Below are positions 12,200 through 23,998 of a stretch of 64,000 nucleotides of DNA, piece after piece. The position numbers and the translations under genes were made by a program. The stretch's first letter is position 1, and the number at the start of each line of letters is the position of its first letter. Where the stretch lies: NCBI GenBank assembly GCA_965285935.1, contig OZ260661.1:34472001-34536000 (forward strand), in the 5' to 3' direction. Origin of the DNA: Ophelia neglecta. Lineage: Eukaryota. Under the pieces are notes generated by a model. That model saw only the letters and a program-made list of their open reading frames with translations. It ran no database searches and had not been told where the DNA came from.

Positions 12200-12350
12200 T
12201 AGTCCATTTTAACGCTGGAGAGGTCACATCTGGAAAAAGGAGTCCATTCGAAAGATTAGGCACACATCCGATGGATCACTCCCCCAACACAAGGCTAGGT
12301 TGAAAAGCACCCCCTCAGGCTGGATTTGAACCCAGGCCCGGGAGGTCCCT
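12200..12350 (-). mobile_element. Possible tRNA-derived SINE fragment
   Basis: Minus strand carries a B-box-like GGTTCAAATCC (plus strand ggatttgaacc near 12322); no A box or full cloverleaf seen. Confidence 0.3.
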
Positions 12351-12781
12351 CCGGACAATCCCACAGGACTAATCCTACATGTTCAGATGCATTTGCCCCC
12401 AATACCCCGTCCTCAGCACTAGCTTGGAGGCACAAACTGCACCATATATTTCTAAGACACCACATTGACCCCTCTTGGTTCTACTTTTTAGGCAGCTTTT
12501 TGTAAACCTTCCTGAACTATAGAGAAATTTATCCTCCAAAGCTACTAGACGTGCGAACATGGCGGAGAACGCAAGCTGCGCCCAAGCCAAACCGCCCGCG
12601 AACTAAAACGTAACTGACAAATGCCAACCTGGTCCAGCTGACATAGGCCGGGCACCGTCAGGCTGTCAATCGATCAACTAACTATACTCTGGTTCATGAA
12701 AGCATGCGCGCCTGTATTTCTGCCATTTGGCCCATTTAAAACCGTTCGATTTCGTTCAAAATTGCTCAGTAGTCTTTTAGT

Positions 12782-13015
12782 GTGGTCATGCCTCCCTTTC
12801 TGAGAAGTGGTAAGTTCACTGCTGAGGAAGTGGAAGCCACTCAAAAAATTGCTAGGTTAAGAATACATGTAGAAAGACACATCCGCCGTGTAAAAGAAAA
12901 CCATTTTTTTGACACTATTGTACCTTTAAGCATGGTAGGATCAATCAACCAGATGTGGACTGTTGCTAATCTGCTAACTCTCTTTCGCGGGCCTTTGGTA
13001 AAGCAGTGGGCATGA
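12782..13015 (+). pseudogene. C-terminal fragment of a Harbinger/ISL2EU DDE (DDE_Tnp_4-like) transposase
   Basis: MPPFL..KFTAEEVEATQKIARLRIHVERHIRRVK...INQMWTVANLL contains the typical IAxxRIHVER motif with the third catalytic Glu; the N-terminal part is absent. Confidence 0.85.
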
Positions 13016-13390
13016 AACCTTAGTGTAAAATGTGTTTAACTGGATCCCCTGCAAGGAAGAAATTTGCTTTGTAAAGTATATGTATGTGTGCTTGATTGAC
13101 AAGATGTATAATTCTTCCAAATTATTAGATTCCTAAAAATAGGATAAACACTTACTATTATGTTTCCTGGAGATATCCTGCATTAGTATTAATAAAACTA
13201 CAACTTACTGTGGCTATTACTCATCCTAGTTTATTGGTGCTTTGAATACACACCTCATTAAAATTACACAAAGATGGATGTATACATAAAAGGGAATGTT
13301 AAGTTAACAAGAACTAGATCTACTGTAAATATTCAGACATTGTTACAGCGGCGGCTGGTAAAGAGAGGTGCCCTGTTTAAAGAGGCGGGT

Positions 13391-15255
13391 CTACTGTAAA
13401 AAGTAGTCCACAAAACAAATGTCTAGCTTTTCTTTCATTTTGTCCCACTCAACTTAGTCAAAATAAATAGTTTCCAAGTGGTGTCCATCAGGGGCATACA
13501 CAAAAAAAACACACCAAACAAGGCCGGTAACTGCTAGCTGTGTCATAATTTGGTAAAAATAGTTGTGATTCCTCTTAAGTCTATAGACTGTGCCTTGTCT
13601 GGACAGGTATTTGCATTCAGGAAGAGTGAGGACGGGGCACTTTACTTCTAGGAGACCATAGGCTGGAAGCCGCATGGGGCAGTACACCTTCCTGTCTGGG
13701 CTGGCTGCTATGTTGGAGGCATATGGGCTTATTACAACTCCAGATGGGAAAAATGTTGACATTTTGGTCCATTACCTAGGAAAAAATAAGATGAACTATC
13801 AGAAATACATTATATTTCACACCAATTGTGTTTATAGTGGAAGGTACCTTAACTGTATAAACAGGGCATGTATGAATAAATTTTGGCTAGCTAGGACTGC
13901 AACAATATATTAAAGTAGCAATTTGTTGAAATGTTTAATATTTTCATATTTAGTGAAAGATCAAGGTAATATAAATTTATAAGATTATGTAATTAAAACT
14001 GTAAAGGCTTAAATGTTGTAGTTGGATTACCATCATAGTGTTTTTGTGATAGCTTAGTCTATATGTGCTGCTTTACTAAGACATGATCCCTAAATCATTA
14101 TTTTATGCTTAATAAAGCTATTTAACAATTCCTACCTGGCAATACAGCTGAGCAGCTATAGGCTCACTGGCTATTCCATGCCGCATACTCTCTGTCACAA
14201 CTCTTCTTGTTGTGCGCAGCCTGGTCACAAGTGTCCCAAAATCTGAAAATAACAAACATACGATATAATATCACAATATTGCTTTCACACAATAACTTGT
14301 CTCACAAAACGCAACTCATGATTACCATTCATTGACTTATAAAGGAAGCCTCTGCAACTATCTTGGTGAAATTAATGACTCACCATGATGAACAAAAATT
14401 AGACATCCTACTATGACAAAACTAATCTCCATGTCAAGTTCCAACCTGCTTAATGGTATGGGATTTGGTATAGCCATACATAAACTTAGAGGCTGACTAA
14501 TTATTTAATATCTTTTGACCTTTACATAAAAGATAAAATTAATGGAATGTATTACAAATGTAATTACCAGCTCTTCGCTTTATAATGTCACCAGCAATGG
14601 ATGCTGTCAGACGGTCTTTACTCACAGCATGCCATTTTGGGTCCAAGGACTGCATTCTTGACATTTCCTCTATGCTGTGAGACTCCTGTTCTGTAACCTG
14701 CAGGCTTTCAAATGAAGTTGACTTTTTCTGGTCCAGGCAAAACAAAAGAGAAGGTATGGTTCGCTGTCCAAAATATTAAGAACATAATTTCCTGAAAGCT
14801 TATGTTGATTGCTTTGCGAATGGTCCAAATTTTGTAGAAACTATTTCAGTACTTTGATCAAGATCACCAATTGTCAGGAGTAAACAGCTTGGATCTATTG
14901 TTTCTATCCTGGAAAATAAAGTATTGAGTGAAAGGAAAATGGTTGATGATGATATTGGATTGTACAATGTTGTCTTTATTCCTCGTGTAGGTTTAGTTGG
15001 GTCCCGAGAATTATAGCCCATGACAATTGTTTCGTCGGAAGTTGATGCTGCCAGCTTTTCTCCTCTCGGTTGATGCCAAGTTTGCGGTAATGAAGTTTTA
15101 GCCACATCAGATGGTATTGTTTTGCACCCACTAGTTTTTAGATGGGCAGTAGTATATAGCAATCCACAAATGTGGCCACGCATGCCACACTCACCAATGG
15201 CACAAGAGCACTTGGCCAGGCTTCTGTCCAGTGATGGTCCTGGCTTTATCAGTAC
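13391..15255 (-). pseudogene. Spliced SWIM zinc finger + YqaJ/lambda-exonuclease-like nuclease pseudogene (exons 15255-14568, 14242-14136, 13775-13391)
   Basis: SWIM motif KCSCAIGECGMRGHICGLLY (third Cys now Arg); TSLPQTWHQPRG; YqaJ motifs QS..W....RLTAS, MRHGIASEP.A, AASPD, GLLEVKCP, YFYQIMTQLAVTG. GT-AG introns in compatible phases. Lesions: disruption near 14800, +1 frameshift near 13748, stop at 13454-13456. Confidence 0.88.
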
Positions 15256-15749
15256 CTAGGAGGAAAAATCAACATATAGATCTAAAGCCCTTTGGGAATT
15301 CAGATAGATACCAATTAACTATAGTTCTGTTCCTGTTGCCAAAGATAATATTATACCTGAAGTTAAAATATCTCATTCAAATTTAACTTATAGTCCTATG
15401 TACATGTATGCACCATGCAGGTAGTTGGGTATTATAAGAGTCATATAAATAAGGTGTTTTTTTCACGGTCTAACTTCTATAACCAAATCTATTGGGCCTA
15501 TTACCGCCTACCACGAAGGCATGTTCTATACAAAGTCGGAATATTTGGTGGGACGAATCGGTATTTCTTCTTCCGATCAATATACGGATTCATTTAAGCA
15601 TGGGAAGTCGATATCCCAAGACCCGGAATAAACGGAAAAAAAGTTGTGATTTCCTTTATCCGTCTTACCTCGGTTCCTTGAAATCCACTCCCAGTATATT
15701 GTAGACCGTGACAAGCAATAGGAAAAGTACCATGGAGCGAAAAACACAC

Positions 15750-17110
15750 TTAAAAAGTCAGTGTAGACCACAACCATGTTCGCACACATGGCGATGCCAT
15801 CTTCTCATGGGTGTCTTTCAACTGGAACCACTAAACTATGGTCCTCCCTAACATATAGAAATAACTATTAACCTTCTACTACTCCTACCCTCCTAGACTG
15901 GTTTGTTTCCGTCATACAAAACTGGCATGGACAGGTGTAGATTTTGAATTCAACTTCTTTATCAATATTTCCTATAGACCCACAAGTCAGGTATCATTGT
16001 GTAGTTAAATATGTACTGCAAAGACTTGTATTACTTTCATGGTCCTCCCTAACATATGGGAATAACTATTAACCTTCTACTACCCCTACCCCCCTAGACT
16101 GGTTTGTTCCAGGGTTGGCAAAAAGCCGGCGAATACGACTATTAGCCGGGCCGGGGCCCCGGCTTTTCATGGCCAATTCTGTGGGACAATTAACTGGGCT
16201 GGATAATTGGTTTATCTAAGGTAGTTTTGTGTATTGTTGTTGATCTCCCATTCATTAACTGTTTATCTAAGGTAGGTTTGTGTACTGTTGGGGATATCTC
16301 ATCCAAGTTTTCTGATTGAGTTAAAGAGTAATCCAAGCAGTCCAACAAATGCCAGTCTCTGCAGTGTCTATTCTGTCTAGGCGTGATTAACATGCTATTT
16401 AGGTGGCTTGGGTAGGCTGGACAGCCTTGTGAGTAACACACAATTCCAGATATTTGAAAATGTTGACTGACTTAATCACTTTCAAACACTTTCATGGATA
16501 ATGTGCTGCAAACAAAGCTGGACTTTGTGTGATATGGATCTAAAAAAGATTCTATTAGTTTCGCGATCGCTCGCTAGGGGCGTAAGTGTCGCGCTATAAC
16601 GGAGTTAGCAAATCCCGTTCAGGCCAGTAGCGAGTCCTTTGGTTTGGTTGTTCCAGCTTTCAATCACAAAATATTGGCACAAGATGCTTTGAAGAATAGA
16701 ACTTTCAACACAATGTTCCAACTCAACATAGAGATATCTCAAGGAGTGAAGCCCTCTATTGATGATCATAGTTGTCGTCAATAGATGTTGTCGTCATTGA
16801 AGACATCGGCAAATCTGGCCATTTTCTCCCGAAATGTCGTTTTCAGCTGTGACTATTTTCGTTACGTGAATACCAAAGCCTGATTCTTTTGCCTCAAATC
16901 TTTAGATAGTCTGGCATTATATCGGGCTGTAATCCACAGTGCCTCCATGGTTTAAGAGGCATTCCATTTAGGAATAACGGGAGAATGGGTGGGACGGGGA
17001 TAGACACCTGGGAACTCCAAACTCGGCCAAATTACGGTTTGAACTTCCATCATTCAGCATCTTCCCGCCAGCGAATCATCGACCTATATGTTTGTTTTCA
17101 TCCGGATTCC
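15750..17110. repeat. Diverged direct paralog of about 18965-19510, interrupted by the 15822-16656 insertion
   Basis: aaagtcagtgtagaccacaac...gtctttcaa plus tcacaaaatattggcacaagatgctttgaagaatagaac...tcggcaaatctggccattttct is contiguous at 18980-19220. Confidence 0.85.
15822..16656. mobile_element. 835-bp non-autonomous DNA transposon insertion with a 7-bp TSD
   Basis: Flanked by ctttcaa (15815-15821 and 16657-16663), single at the empty paralogous site near 19045; imperfect TIRs ctggaaccactaaac / gtttggttgttccag; internal ~70-bp direct repeat (near 15838 and 16039). Confidence 0.8.
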
Positions 17111-18389
17111 TGATTTTTGCCATCGTAAGTGCATGCTCTGCATTGTCAAACGCCTTTGCAAAGCCTAACGCTGCAGTGTGCGCGCGAGATCCCGTGTCAC
17201 CTGCATTCTCAATGTCCTGCCTGACCGGCAGTTACTGAGAGACACCAGACTGGCCACATCATGATGGAGAAAGCCATTCTTAGGGTCCATTTTAATATGG
17301 TGCGCGTCTTCAAGCGCCCGAATGATATAAGCGACAGCATCCACGAGCAAATTATTATTTTTGAACCCAAGGGGATTTGTTGATCTTTGCTTTACCTTAA
17401 AGTATAACATTCTTACCAGCCAGTATAATGAGCATTTGAAATAACACCATAAACAGCTGAGAAATGAATTTGATGTTTTTTTGTTTCAATTTCGTCGCAT
17501 TGAGTCGTCAGGGTAGAATACAAACTTTAAGTAACTTGGTGCTGTTTCGCCGTTTTGTTTCATTTTGGTCACATTGAGTCGTCGGTGTAGACTGGAAATA
17601 AAATTAAAATCTAATCTATGATATGGCTGCTAGCCGAATAGGTCTACGGGGTTGGGTGTCAGGGCATTTAACACTAGTATACTAGGCTTTGGTGGATTAA
17701 GTCATGTATAAATAATGTACTCAAATTACCACTAGCTTACCACTAGCTTACTAGCTTATTAACTTGTCTCTGATGTGCACAAGGTATTTCTAGAAATCTG
17801 CATTATGTTGTTATGTTCCTACATGTGTCTTTTTCATTTATTGTACAGTTGAGGCTGGCGAGCATGACGTCCTTTTGTGTAGGTCGGTTTGTCGTGCTTC
17901 CTTTTCCTCAACTGTTTTATCACTTTATATATACATGCGTGCTTGATGTACATACACTTCATGTCGCCCTTCATCCCATCACCTCACCTCATCCATTGCA
18001 TGCTGTTTAACCTAATGTTCTGTATGTTGATATGTTGGAAATTACCGATTATAAGCCATAGTCTTTTGTAAGATCCAACATAGAAAAAAATAAATATGTT
18101 TAAACCAATTATAATGTATAACTCGGTTCCTCTGAAATGTAATCACTCTTAACGATGGCATTGTAAGCCTGAAGTTTTTCTTTTATTTTTTTTGTTAAAT
18201 CGTTTTTCTTTTTGTTCTTACTTAATCTTAGCATTGTATTTCTATTAACTTGTGCTTTTTTAACTCATTAGGTCTGCTATTCCGTAGCATCTACTATTAG
18301 TGGAACATACGTGTAGTTTACTGAGAATATGGTATCCCTTGGCACAATATTGAGATTTGCACTATATGTTTACCATGTACATTGTGTCC

Positions 18390-18699
18390 GCCCTGTTGCG
18401 GTGGGGGACGGTGTCCGTTGCGGCTACATGGCTGCGGCGGACGTGGCCTTCTGCCGTGGTGGGGCGGCTAGCTTACGTATTTATACTTTGATCGCTAGAC
18501 CTTTTTGACACTCTACCTTGCTCATTTAATTTAGTTTAATGCATACGTCTCCTGGGCGTCCAGTGCCTACAGCTATGCCATTACTGGCGTCCATGTTTTC
18601 CCCCAGATATGTTAATCGCATTGTTGTCTGTATATACTATATATAACTTGTGACTGGTGTGAAACCAAATAAAATAACTTCAATCAATCAATCAATCAA
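18390..18699 (+). mobile_element. Probable 3' end of a non-LTR retrotransposon (CR1/L2 group) or derived SINE
   Basis: AATAAA followed by a (TCAA)n tail at about 18680-18699; 5' boundary uncertain. Confidence 0.45.
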
Positions 18700-19695
18700 A
18701 TTATCGTTCTACGGTATTGACCGGGCAGTCTCTGCTCAGGCCTAATTCTCAGTTTGTGTGACAACTAAAGACGATGCGTGTATATATTCATGTATTTTCA
18801 TACAAAACATACGAATGTAACCTATATTATTTATCAAAGGATGCACATCTAGGCCCTGAAACACCATTGGATTATGTTTCTATATTATTAATTAAGCAAC
18901 GAGGTATGTGTGGAGCGACACTCAAGGGCGGGGTAAACTCAAGTTAGTCGCGTAAAAATACACTCCAAAACAAAATGAAAAAGAGTCAGTGTAGACCACA
19001 ACGATGGCCGAACACACGGCGGTGCCATCTTCTCACGGGTATGTCTTTCAATCACAAAATATTGGCACAAGATGCTTTGAAGAATAGAACTTTTGACAAA
19101 AAGTGCCCACTGAACATAGAGATATTTCAGGGAGTGAAGCCATTTATTGATGACCTCATAAATGTCGTCAATAGATGTTGTCGCCATTGACGACGTCGGC
19201 AAATCTGGCCATTTTCTACCGAAATGTCGTTTTATGCGTCGGTACTTTTCTTTTATTTTTGTAAAAGCAGAAACCTGATTCTTGTGCCCAAAGTTATTAG
19301 ATCTTCTTGCAATATTTCCTGGTTTGCAATTTCTTTATATCGCAATGTATCAGGCTGTCATCCACAGTGTCTCCATGATTTAGAAGTCATGACATTTAGG
19401 AATAACGGGAGTATGAGAGGGGCGAAGCCTGCCGAATTACGGTTAAAAATCTCAAATTCAGCTTCTTCCCACCAGGAAATTATTGATCCACTTGATGTTT
19501 TCATCCGGATAACTGCAGGCCATAAGTAAAAGCCTCTTAAATCTGCATGCCAACAGTATGCAGAAAGCAGGCCTTGAACTAACACAAAAAAACATGAATC
19601 AAGTGTGGCTAGGGCTTCAGACTACATATCAAATAGTTGTGATAGGTCTCGAACCAACATCAATGAGCATACATCAAGTATGAGTGGTCTGGTTA

Positions 19696-19939
19696 GGCAT
19701 ACTGGAAAAGCTGATACGAAATACCAGATACGAGACGCAGATACGAGATGCGAGGTGTTTAACACGTAGCCATATGGACTAGGTTAGGGTTAGGGTGAAG
19801 GGTTAAGTAAGTTATGATTTAGTTAGGTTGCTAGTTTAACCCTACCCCTAACCCTGTCGTAACCCAACTCTATCTTATTTTTTCGTATCTGTGTATCTCG
19901 TATTTCCTTCGTATTTCGTGTCAGGTTTTCCAGTATGCC
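19696..19939 (+). mobile_element. 244-bp MITE with internal TTAGGG-like tracts, copy 1
   Basis: TIR ggcatactggaaaa / ttttccagtatgcc; TSD gtctggtta / gtctg(g)gtta; absent from the paralogous site near 3485. Confidence 0.92.
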
Positions 19940-20549
19940 GTCTGGGTTAGGTACATTGCAATTAATGGGCGGAAAGGGGCCTTGCAGGAATATCAATATG
20001 CTTAAACTATGTGTAGGTATCCTGGGCTCGTCAGGCAACATGGCAATTATATGTAAGAGAAAGATGTCAAACTAACATCAATTTTGGATAAGAAATAGAC
20101 CTTAAACATACAACAATTAATTCTTACAACGTGTAGCTGGGTGTCAAGCTATATTGCCTTTTAATGCCAGGAAAAAGTTCTTAAACCTACAGCGAATTTC
20201 CACAAACTGAGGGTGGAATAACCAACCACTCAACAATCAAGGGCAGGAAACCACCTAGCAATTGTTTATATCAAAGCAGGTACGAGGACATTCTCTAGTT
20301 AGCTAGGTTGCTAAATTGGCATAAAGACAAATCATAGGCTCTCTTTAAATTTATATCAACAGCGCCAGCATGAGCATCAGCATACATCCGTAACCGACAA
20401 TTACCCAGTGTACGCTTTAAGGGGGAAGATATGTTCGTTACTATCGTTTTGTACACGTATCTGCATTTGCATTATGAATGAATGTATTACCTATATCAAT
20501 GCACACACAAACACATACTGTACGCACACACCCTTCGGACCAACGCAAA

Positions 20550-20725
20550 TACACAAAATAGTTGTTATAGATAGCCAATCATATTGTAGCGAACTAATAA
20601 CGCTTTGAACCATCATAGTTAAATCTTTCTAATCGCTTAGACTTGTACGCATTTTCCCCTTTCTTAATCAGTTTTTCTTCGCCAGCAAAGAACGCCACTA
20701 TACACGAAAAACCTATCACCGCCAT
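20550..20725 (-). pseudogene. Second copy of the SWIM/YqaJ-like N-terminal fragment
   Basis: MAVIGFSCIVAFFAGEEKLIKKGENAYKSKRLERFNYDGSKRY*FATI*; paralog of 8952-9130. Confidence 0.45.
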
Positions 20726-22469
20726 CTTTAAGAATCTTTTCATACCCGCTGAAGCGCGTTGTCAGGGCGTTGCTACGCATTGAAGGATGTCTGAGGTCAG
20801 CCCTTCTCCGGCCTATAGAGGATACTGAATACAGCAACAAGAACTAGGCCCATATTCCCACTACACTAAAAAAGAAGCAATACTTGGCACGTCTGAGAGA
20901 ACATGGTATAGAGCACCGAAAACTAGGCCCATATTCCCGCTACACTAAAGAAGCAATATTTGGCACGTCTGAGTGTACTAGGTATATTTAAGTTACATGC
21001 TTGGAGGATTCCTATGCAGTTTAGTAGCATTGGTAGCATTATATATTCAAGTTTGTTTTACCAGAAAAAACGTTAGAAAGAAAAAAATATTCTGAGATGC
21101 GATGAAAAAACTAGTATATTTTGTGTGAAATTCTTTTAATGCAATATACAGCCATATTTGATACTGGCATCAGTTTCAATGCTCCTTAAACCGTGACGAA
21201 AGGACATCTACGCACAGTTGCATTCTTAATATTTAGTCACCTCTACTTCATTCACTGGTCTTAGGTTTAAGTGCTCGGAGCTCCTCCATCTGTAGATCCT
21301 AGCTGATGCTTGTTCATTTCGTATGTGAGTTACCGACCAATATTGCTTATATTAATACAATTCTAGTAGTTTGGATAAAACTGGTAAATTGGCGATAAGT
21401 TAAACATTTGTAGTTAATGTTGAAATCTGTTCTCAAACTAACGTGTGACACGCAATGAATGTTTGACATAAACACTACAAGTAACACGCATCGAGAGGAT
21501 ATATCGTTATATATGGGTATAAGGTAAGTAACGGCAAGTTTTTTTTCCATTTAAACCGTTAAAAAGTGTTTTATTATTTGTCAATTAAGCACTATATTGG
21601 GATTCTCTTGAGAATCGTTTTTTTACGATGCTGCACCCTGTATTTTGCGATAATGCTCGAATGGAAACAGCTGATAATGTCGTTACATATCATATCCATG
21701 ATAATGAAATACAACGTCCTAAATCTCTTATATTGTCTATAAACAAAATAAGCCTTTGTGTCTGACTGTCTGCATAGCCTTGTTTGTCTCACCTTAAAAT
21801 TAGTAAACAAATTAAGTTCATTTCTTTAAAAGAAAAAAGGAGTTTTAATGGAAGCAAACGCTATATACGGACGAGTCAGAATAGCTGATATTAGGGCTTT
21901 TTTGCAAAATTAAGATGCAAATACTAGCTAATTCAAGGGTGTTAGGTCGACTCAACGGGGACTGCAAGTATCAGGTTTAACATTGCCCGTCAAATAAAGG
22001 TATTACTCCCTAAAAAACGGCTATGAAACACCATCATTTTCGCCCGATGAACATGCATAATATTTTTATGCTAGTAACGTGAACTCGTATATATTCTAGC
22101 TAGTTGGGTGCGTAAAAAGCTAGACTTGCCAACATAGGATTCTATTAACTGTATTCTCACTATTGTGAATAATCGTAGCTTCAAATATTTATGCTTGGAA
22201 TTTATGGACTATGCTGGGTAATTTATTACCAATTTATGAAATCGTCTCATTTATGGTCTACCGTGTTTTGCCCGTGATTTTGGTTTAAACATGTTTAATT
22301 GGGATTGGCCAAATAACGCGTGGCTAATCTAGATTTCTATACCTACATTTATCAGTACAATTTGAGAATATTATATTGTTTGACCTTTAGGAAATTACCC
22401 TTGCTAGTAAAAGCTCGTATTTGGTAAGTGTTAACAAATGGTGAAAAATTTGTATATTTGTTCAATGAA

Positions 22470-22985
22470 GCCTAACTCCAATTGTGGCTTTTATGTGTAG
22501 AACAATTTAAGCACACGAAGATGCGCTGTATTGGGGCTTCCAGTATTCTGTCATGTTCCGCGTCATTTGGACCGTACCCAATATTTCGCCACTTATGTTT
22601 ATTGTATTCGCAATGTCCTCAATCACGTCTTCAATACTCTTCTGAAATACTTCCGAAGCTGAATTGATTCTGAAATTTAAACGCTTGTATCAAAAGAGCC
22701 CTCTGTGGGTGCTGAATGTTGTAATGTCTCTAGAATCTTGTTGTTAATAATTTTCACTAGTCAGATACTGTTGGCTGTCTCGTAACTGAGCAATGAACCA
22801 TAATTTCCATAAGCTACTACAAAAGTATTTGTTTGGTGTGAGGCGTTGATCTCAACACTCACTGTACATTTGCCAAGCATTTCAACTGCTTGCTGGCTTT
22901 GATATAAATAGGCTACTGTGTTTGAATCTGTCATAGTAGGAATTCCTATCTTCTTGTAAGTTTTGGTATTATCAAGATTGTTCAT
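22470..22985 (-). mobile_element. Degenerate Ty3/Gypsy pol fragment (distal protease region)
   Basis: TYKKIGIPTMTDSNTVAYLYQSQQAVEMLGKCTVSVE...TFVVAYGNYGSLLSYETA fits the retropepsin C-terminal pattern of Gypsy elements; stops follow. Confidence 0.6.
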
Positions 22986-23321
22986 AGGGACGGTAAGTTA
23001 CGTCCATCCCTTGTTTCTCTTTGTTGCCCCTCCCCATCCCAACCCCCCCCCCCTCGCCTGTGTTTCATCCCGCTCACCCGCTAGTGCTGCCTGAGCCCAC
23101 CCATGCTCCGTCTTACCTTCTTTCATTTTACCCCCCCCCCTCCCCCCTCCCCCCTCCCATCTGTCCCGAGCTCCACTCAACCTCGTCCGCCCACATATAA
23201 CATCAGCTGACTGATGTATAAGCAGTTCCATCAATGAGCTAAAGTCATAGTTCGTAGAGAACATAAAATACCTTCAGCTTTGAGCTATCTTTATAGAAAT
23301 AATTGCCCCAACTCATAAATT

Positions 23322-23603
23322 CAGGGGCGGATCCAGGGGTGGGGGGAATCGCATGGGGCCTGCCCCTCCCCCTACCATTTTTTTTATAACTCTGAACAAA
23401 CCCATCTAGGCTGGGAGGGACACAGGTGCAAGTACGGGGACCCCACCCCCAATAGGCGCCCAAAACAAAGGTATGCAATAGACTTTCGAATGTAACTTCT
23501 GTGGCCACCCCCCACCCCCACCCCCCCCCCCACCCCCGCTTTCAATTACACCATATGGAGTGCCCCCGCCCCCCCCCCCTGGACATTTCTGGATTCGCCC
23601 CTG
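23322..23603. mobile_element. hAT-like MITE
   Basis: TIRs caggggcggatccag / ctggattcgcccctg (one mismatch); G/C homopolymer runs inside; no 8-bp TSD retained. Confidence 0.65.
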
Positions 23604-23998
23604 GAATAAGCAATGGCTTGATGGCATATCAAATAATCAAAATTATTTATGTTTTTGTGTATAGGCCAGAGACGTTTATGCACTAGCTGCCCATACATAG
23701 GCCTACTATACAAAGAGACCAGCACCGCTTCTCATAGTGATCGACACCATCGTACCATCAGCGCCGCCGGTGGACAGCCATCTGCTTACTTCACCTCTTG
23801 ACAAAGTGCTAACTTAAGATACTGAGAATTGACCATCGGTATACAGCTGTCGTTAGGATACATAACAAACTAAGAGAGACAATCGTACATACAAGTCTTA
23901 TCAGTGCACGAACTTTTTTCATATTAATTTAAAGAAATAACCGCACTTAATTATTTTTCTTACCTTTAGGATATATTGTCAGCAATTAAAAAATTGCG

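Larger units (their letters stand above)
12778..15300. mobile_element. Decayed ISL2EU-type (Harbinger-related) DNA transposon with convergent transposase and SWIM-YqaJ genes
   Basis: Plus-strand DDE transposase C-terminus faces a minus-strand spliced SWIM + YqaJ gene; polyA signals on both strands between them (AATAAA at 13191; TTTATT near 13230). Termini not found. Confidence 0.8.

Noticed and set aside
11882-12212. Pro/Gly-rich ORFs (also 22998-23686 and 53113-53686)
   Set aside because: They arise from G/C homopolymer runs in MITEs or low-complexity DNA, often open on both strands.
12300-12345. tRNA gene
   Set aside because: Only a B-box-like motif; no cloverleaf can be formed.
13391-15255. 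Phage lambda-Red-like recombination or prokaryotic defence system
   Set aside because: The nuclease gene has spliceosomal introns and faces a Harbinger-type transposase, as expected for a eukaryotic transposon.
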